Below the pieces are notes generated by a model, which saw nothing but the letters and a program-made list of their open reading frames with translations, did not search any database and was not told where the DNA came from. Both the position numbers and the translations under genes were made by a program. From Eledone cirrhosa (taxonomy: Eukaryota): a stretch of DNA of 64,000 nt. Positions 57,582 through 64,000 of the stretch are shown here, piece after piece. How positions within the stretch are numbered: position 1 is the stretch's first letter; each line of letters begins with the position of its first letter. The stretch is taken from contig OZ024744.1 in NCBI GenBank assembly GCA_964016885.1, forward strand, positions 128,774,001-128,838,000, written 5' to 3'.

Positions 57582-60500
57582 GTTGAGTTGGGGTTAAGTT
57601 AATTGGGGTTAAATTAAGTTAGGGTTGAGTTAAGTTGGGGTTAAGTTAAGTTGGGGTTATATTAAGTTGGGGTTAAGTTAAGTTGAGGTTAAGTAAAGTT
57701 GGGGTTCAGTTAAGTTGGGGTTAAGTTAAGTTAGGCTTAACTTAAGTTGGGGTTAATTTAAGTTGGGGGTGAGTTAAGTGGTGGTTATGTTAAGTTGGGG
57801 TTAAGTTAAGTTGGGGTTAATTTAAATTGGGGTTAATTTAACTTTGTGGTTAAGTTAATTTGGGGTTAATTTAAGTTGGGGTTAAGTTAAGTTGGCATTG
57901 AGTTAAGCTGGGGTTAAGTTAAGTTGGGGTTAAAATAAGTTGGGGTTAAGTTAAGTTGGGGTTGAGTTAAGTTGGGGTTGAGTTAATTTGGGGTTAAGTT
58001 AAGTTGGGGTTAACTTAAGTTGGGTTTAATTTAAGTTGGGGTTAAGTTAAGTTGGGGTTATAATTAAGTTGGGGTTAAGTTAAGTTGGGGGTAAGATAAG
58101 TTGGGGTTAGTTAAGTTGCGGTTAAGTTAAGTTGGGGTTAAGTTAAGTTGGGGTTAAGTTAAGTTGGGGTTAAGTTAAGTTGGGGTTAATTTAAGTTGGG
58201 GTAAAGTTAAGTTGGGGGTAAGTTAAGTTGGGGTTAAGTTAAGTTGGGGTTAAGTTGGGGTTAAGTTAAGTTAGGGTTAACTTAAGTTGGGGTTGTGTTA
58301 AGTGGTGGTTATGTTAAGTGGTGGTTATGTTAAGTTGGGGTTAAGTTAAGTTGGGGTTAAGTTAAATTGGGGTTAAGTTAAGTTGCGGTTAAGTTAAGTT
58401 GGGGTTAAGTTAAGTTGGGGTTAAGTTAATTAGGGTTAAGTTAAGTTGGGGTTAAGTTAAGTTGGGGTTAAGTTAAGTTGGGGTTAAGTTAATTTGTGGT
58501 TAAGTTAAGTTGGGGTTAAGTTAAGTTGGGGTTAAGTTAAGTTGGGGATAAGTTAAGTTGAGGATAAGTTAAGTTGGGGTTAATTAAGTTGGGTTTAAGT
58601 TAAGTTGGGGTTAAGTTAAGTTGGGGTTAAGTTAAGTGGGGTTAAGTTAAGTTGGTTAGTTAAGTTGAGTTTAAGTTAAGTTGGGGTTAATTTAATTTGG
58701 GGTTAAGTTAAGTTGGGGTTAAGTTAATTTGGGGTTAAGTTAAGTTGGGGTTCAGTTAAGTTGGGGTTAAGTTAAGTTGGGGTTAAGTTGGGGTAAAATT
58801 AAGTTGGGGTTAAGTTAAGTTGCGGTTAAGTTAAAATGAGGTTAAGTTAAGTTGGGGTTAAGTTAAGTTGGGGTTAAGTTAAGTTGGGGCTAAGTTAAGT
58901 TGGGGCTAAGTTAAGTTGGGGCTAAGTTAAGTTGGGGTTAAGTTAACTTTGGGTTAAGTTAAGTTGGGGTTAAGTTAAGTTGGGGTTAAGTTAAGGTGGG
59001 GTTAAGTTAAGTTGGGGTCAACTTAAGTTGGGGTTAAGTTAAGTTGGGGTTAACTTAAGTTGGGGTTAAGTTAAGTTGGGGTTAAGTTAAGTTGGGGTTA
59101 AGTTAAGTTGGGGTTACGTTAAGTTGGGGGTAAGTTAAGTTGGGGTTATGTTAAGTTGGGGTTACGTTAAGTTGGGTTTAAGTTAAGTTGGGGTTAAGTT
59201 AAGTTGGGGTTAAGTTAAGTTGGGGTTAATTTAAGTTGGGGTTAAGTTAAGTTGGGCTTAATTTAAGTTGGGGTTAAGTTAAGTTGGGGTTAAGTTAAGT
59301 TGGGGTTAAATTAAGTTGGGGTTAAGTTAAGTTGGGGTTAAGTTAAGTTGGGGTTAAGTTAATTTGGGGTTGAGTTAAGTTGGGGTTAAGTTAAGTGGTG
59401 GTTATGTTAAGTTGGGGTTAAGTTAAGTTGGGGTTAATTTAAATTGGGGTTAATTTAAATTTGTTGTTAAGTTAAGTTGGGGTTAATTTAAGTTGGGGTT
59501 AAGTTAAGTTGGGGTTGAGTTAAGTTGTGGTTGAGTGAAGTTGGGGTTAAGTTAAGTTGGGGTTAAATTAAGTTGGGGTTAAGTTAAGTTGGGGTTGAGT
59601 TAAGTTGGGGTTAATTTAAGTTGGGGCTAAGTTAATTTGGGGTTAAGTTAAGTTGGGGTTAAATTAAGTTGGGGTTAAGTTAAGTTGGGGTTAAGTTAAG
59701 TTGGGGTTAAGTTAATTTGGGGTTAAGTGAAGTTAGGGTTAAGTTAAGTTGGGGCTGAGTTAAGTTGGGGGTGAGTTAAGTTGGGGTTATGTTAAGTTGG
59801 GGTTAAGTTAAGTTGGGGTTAAGTTAAGTTGGGGTTCAGTTAAGTTGCGGTTAAGTTAAGTTGGGGTTAAGTTAAGTTGGGGTTAAGTTAAGTTGGGGTT
59901 AATTTAAGTTGTGGTTAAGTTAAGTTGGGGTTAAGTTAAGTTGGGGTTAAATTCAGTCGGGGTTAAGTTAAGTCGGGGTTAAGTTACGTTGGGGTTAAGT
60001 TAAGTTGGGGTTAAGTTAAGTTGGGGTTGAGTTAAGTTGGGGTTAAGTTAAGTTGGGGTTAAGTTAAGTTGGGGTTAAGTTAAGTTGGGGTTAATTTAAG
60101 TTGGGGTTAAGTTAAGTTGGGGTTAATTTAAGTTGGGGTTAATTTAAGTTGGGGTTAAGTTAAGTTGGGGTTAAGTTAAGTTGGGGTAACGTTAAGTTGG
60201 GGGTAAGTTAAGTTGGGGTTAAGTTAAGTTGGGGTTAAGTTGGGGTTAAGTTAAGTTAGGGTTAACTTAAGTTGGGGTTGTGTTAAGTGGTGGTTATGTT
60301 AAGTGGTGGTTATGTTAAGTTGGGGTTAAGTTAAGTTGGGGTTAAGTTAAGTTGGGGTTAAGTTAAGTTGGGGTTAAGTTAATTAGGGTTAAGTTAAGTT
60401 GGGTTTAAGTTAAGTTGGGGTTAAGTTAATTTGTGGTTAAGTTAAGTTGGGGTTAAGTTAAGTTGGGGATAAGTTAAGTTGGGGATAAGTTAAGTTGGGG

Positions 60501-63500
60501 TTAATTAAGTTGGGTTTAAGTTAAGTTGGGGTTAAGTTAAGTCGGGGTTAAGTTAAGTTGGGGTTAAGTTAAGTTGGTTAGTTAAGTTGAGTTTAAGTTA
60601 AGTTGGGGTTAATTTAAGTTGGGGTTAAGTTAAGTTGGGGTTAAGTTAAGTTGGGGTTAAGTTGGGGTAAAATTAAGTTGGGGTTAAGTTAAGTTGGGGT
60701 TAAGTTAAGTTGCGGTTAAGTTAAGTTGCCGTTAAGTTAAGTTGAGGTTAAGTTAAGTTGGGGTTAAGTTAAGTTGGGGTTAAGTTAAGTTGGGGCTAAG
60801 TTAAGTTGGGGCTAAGTTAAGTTGGGGTTAAGTTAACTTTGGGTTAAGTTAAGTTGGGTTTGAGTTAAGTTGGGGTTAATTAAGTTGGGGTTAAGTTAAG
60901 TTGGGGTTAAGTTGGGGTTAAGTTAAGTTGCGGTTAAGTTAAGTTGATGTTAAGTTAAGTTGGGGTTAAGTTAAGTTGGGGTTAAGTTAAGTTGGGGCTA
61001 AGTTAAGTTGGAGCTGAGTTAAGTTGGGGCTAAGTTAAGTTGGGGTTAAGTTAAGTTGGGGTTAAGTTAAGGTGGGGTTAAGTTAAGTTGGGGTCAACTT
61101 AAGTTGGGGTTAAGTTAAGTTGGGGTTAACTTAAGTTGGGGTTAAGTTAAGTTGGGGTTAAGTTAAGTTGGGGTTAAGTTAAGTTGGGGTTACGTTAAGT
61201 TGGGGGTAAGTCAAGTTGGTGTTAAGTTAAGTTGGCGGTAAGTTAAGATGGGGTTAAGTTAAGTTGGGGTTAATTTAATTTGGGGTTAAGTTAAGTTAGG
61301 GTTAAGTTAAGTTGGGGTTGAGTTAAGTTGGGGTTAAGTTAAGTTGGGGTTATGTTAAGTTGGGGTTAAGTTAAGTTGGGGTTAAGTTAAGTTGGGGTTC
61401 AATTAAGTTGCGGATAATTTAAGTTGGGGTTAAGTTAAGTTGGGGTTAAGTTAAGTTGCGGTTAAGTTAAGTTGCCGTTAAGTTAAGTTGAGGTTAAGTT
61501 AAGTTGGGGTTAAGTTAAGTTGGGGTTAAGTTAAGTTGGGGCTAAGTTAAGTTGGGGCTAAGTTAAGTTGGGGTTAAGTTAACTTTGGGTTAAGTTAAGT
61601 TGGGTTTGAGTTAAGTTGGGGTTAATTAAGTTGGGGTTAAGTTAAGTTGGGGTTAAGTTGGGGTTAAGTTAAGTTGCGGTTAAGTTAAGTTGATGTTAAG
61701 TTAAGTTGGGGTTAAGTTAAGTTGGGGTTAAGTTAAGTTGGGGCTAAGTTAAGTTGGAGCTGAGTTAAGTTGGGGCTAAGTTAAGTTGGGGTTAAGTTAA
61801 GTTGGGGTTAAGTTAAGGTGGGGTTAAGTTAAGTTGGGGTCAACTTAAGTTGGGGTTAAGTTAAGTTGGGGTTAACTTAAGTTGGGGTTAAGTTAAGTTG
61901 GGGTTAAGTTAAGTTGGGGTTAAGTTAAGTTGGGGTTACGTTAAGTTGGGGGTAAGTCAAGTTGGTGTTAAGTTAAGTTGGCGGTAAGTTAAGATGGGGT
62001 TAAGTTAAGTTGGGGTTAATTTAATTTGGGGTTAAGTTAAGTTAGGGTTAAGTTAAGTTGGGGTTGAGTTAAGTTGGGGTTAAGTTAAGTTGGGGTTATG
62101 TTAAGTTGGGGTTAAGTTAAGTTGGGGTTAAGTTAAGTTGGGGTTCAATTAAGTTGCGGATAATTTAAGTTGGGGTTAAGTTAAGTTGGGGTTAAGTTAA
62201 GTTGGGGTTAATTTAAGTTGGGGTTAAATTAAGTTGGGGTTAAATTAAGTTGGGGTTAAGTTAAGTTGGGGTTATGTTAAGTTGGTGTTAAGTTAAGTTG
62301 GGGTTAAGTTAAGTTGGGGTTAAGTTAGGTTGGTGTTAATTTAAGTTGGGGGTAAGTTAAGTTGGGGTAAGTTAAGTTGGTGTTAAGTTAAGTTGGGGTT
62401 AAGTTAAGTTGGGGTTAAGTTAAGTTGGGGTTCAATTAAGTTGCGGGTAATTTAAGTTGGGGTTAAGTTAAGTTGGGGGTAAGTTAAGTTGGGGTTAAGT
62501 TAAGTTGGGGTTAAGTTAAGTCGGGGTTAATTTAAGTTGCGGTTAAGTTAAGTTGGGGTTAAGTTAAGTTGGGGTTAAGTTAAGTTGGGATTAAGTTAAG
62601 TTGGGGTTAAGTTAAGTTGGGGTTGAGTTAAGTTGGGGTTAAGTTAGATTATTGTTAATTTATTTTGGGGTTAAGTTAAGTTGGGGTTAAGTTAAGTTGG
62701 GGTTAATTTAAGTTGGGGTTAAGTTAAGTGGGGGTTAAGTTGAGTTGGGGTTAAGTTAAGTTGGGGTTAAGTTAAGTTGGGGTTAAGATAAGTTGGGGTT
62801 AAGTTAAGTTGGGGTTGAGTTAAGTTCGGGTTGAGTTAATTTGGGGTTAACTTAAGTTGGGGTTAACTTAAGTTGGGGTTAAGTTAAGTTGGGTTTATGT
62901 TAAGTTGGGGATAAGTTAAGTTGGGGTTAAGTTAAGTTGGGGTTCAATTAAGTTGCGGTTAATTTAAGTTGGGGTTAAGTTAAGTTGGGGTTAAGTTAAG
63001 TTGGGGTTAAGTTAAGTTGGGGTTAAATTAAGTAAGGGCTAAGTTAAGTTGAGGTTATGTTAAGTTGGTGTTAAGTTAAGTTGGGGTTAAGTTAAGTTGG
63101 GGTTAAGTTAAGTTGGGGTTTAAGTTAAGTTGGGGTTAAGTTAAGTTGGGGTTAATTTAATTTGGGGTTAAGTTAAGTTAGGGTTAAGTTAAGTTGGGGT
63201 TGAGTTAAGTTGGGGTTAAGTTAAGTTGGGGTTATGTTAAGTTGGGGATAAGTTAAGTTGGGGTTAAGTTAAGTTGGGGTTCAATTAAGTTGCGGTTAAT
63301 TTAAGTTGGGGTTAAGTTAAGTTCGGGTTAAGTTAAGTTGGGGTTAAGTTAAGTTGGGGTTAAATTAAGTTAGGGCTAAGTTAAGTTGAGGTTATGTTAA
63401 GTTGGTGTTAAGTTAAGTTGGGGTTAAGTTAAGTTGGGGTTAAGTTAAGTTGGGGTTAAGTTAAGTTGGGTTTAAGTTAAGTTGGGGCTAAGTTAAGTTG

Positions 63501-63750
63501 GGGTTAAGTTAAGTTGGGGTTAAGTTAAGTTGGGGTTAAGTTAGGTTGGTGTTAAGTTAAGTTGGGGGTAAGTTAAGTTGGGGGTAAGTTAAGTTGGTGT
63601 TAAGTTAAGTTGGGGTTAAGTTAAGTTGGGGCTAAGTTAAGTTGGGTTTAAGTTAAGTTGGGTCTAAGTTAAGTTGGGGTTAAGTTAAGTTGGGGTTAAC
63701 TTAAGTTGGGGGTAAGTTAAGTTGGGTTTGAGTTAAGTTGGGGTTAAGTT
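57582..63750 (+). repeat. 16-bp satellite array 5 (short type, ~6.2 kb, no inversion)
   Basis: Colinear with array 3. One monomer (GGGGGTACGTTAAGTT, ~38696 in array 3) is absent near 62475. Confidence 0.98.
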
Positions 63751-64000
63751 AGGTTTTTCGAAAACCTTATATAATCAATTTTTTTTAGGTTTTTCGAAAA
63801 ATGTTATATAATCAATTTTTTTTAGGTTTTTCGAAAAACCTTATATAATCAATTTTTTTTTAGGTTTTTCGAAACACCTTATATAATCAATTTTTTTTAG
63901 GTTTTTCGAAAAACCTTATATAATTAATTTTTTTTAGGTTTTTCGAAAAACCTTATATAATCAATTTCTTTAGGTTTTTCGTAAAACCTTATATAATCAA
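63751..64000. repeat. AT-rich composite block, copy 5 (5' end only)
   Basis: Same junction GTTAAGTT|AGGTTTTTCGAAAACC and same variant order (AAAAATGTT, AAACACC, TTTCTTTAGG) as the other block starts. Confidence 0.95.

Larger units (their letters stand above)
42156..64000 (+). repeat. ~23.8 kb higher-order unit, copy 2 (truncated by window end)
   Basis: Colinear with 18889 onward. Shares diagnostic variants: GGCGTT at 19308/42575 and GGCATT at 34115/57894. Confidence 0.9.

Noticed and set aside
292-63750. Canonical telomerase-made telomere (TTAGGG, TTAGG or TTGGGG arrays)
   Set aside because: These motifs occur only as parts or rare variants of the 16-mer and never as pure runs. The kilobase higher-order structure argues against direct telomerase synthesis of this stretch.

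Overview
The window is entirely non-coding, multi-level tandem-repeat DNA, most likely eukaryotic heterochromatin (subtelomeric, telomere-associated or centromeric; this is inference and the organism cannot be identified from the sequence). About 82% of it is a strand-skewed 16-bp satellite, consensus GGGGTTAAGTTAAGTT = TTGGGG(TTAAG)2, in five arrays (292-16395, 18889-30724, 33803-39987, 42156-54503, 57582-63750). Six copies of a 2.2-3.1 kb AT-rich composite block separate the arrays; the first and last are cut by the window edges. Each block is built from a ~37-bp monomer carrying the perfect palindrome AGGTTTTTCGAAAAACCT and a 255-390 bp monomer with nested inverted repeats. Three identical 249-bp inverted patches with TTAA-centred junctions and a 99-bp fold-back duplication lie inside the long arrays. 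Shared variants define a ~23.8-kb higher-order unit (long array + 3.08-kb block + short array + shorter block) present about twice from ~18.9 kb onward. I found no credible gene, RNA gene, autonomous mobile element or CRISPR array. All coordinates and comparisons were made by eye and may be off by a few bases.
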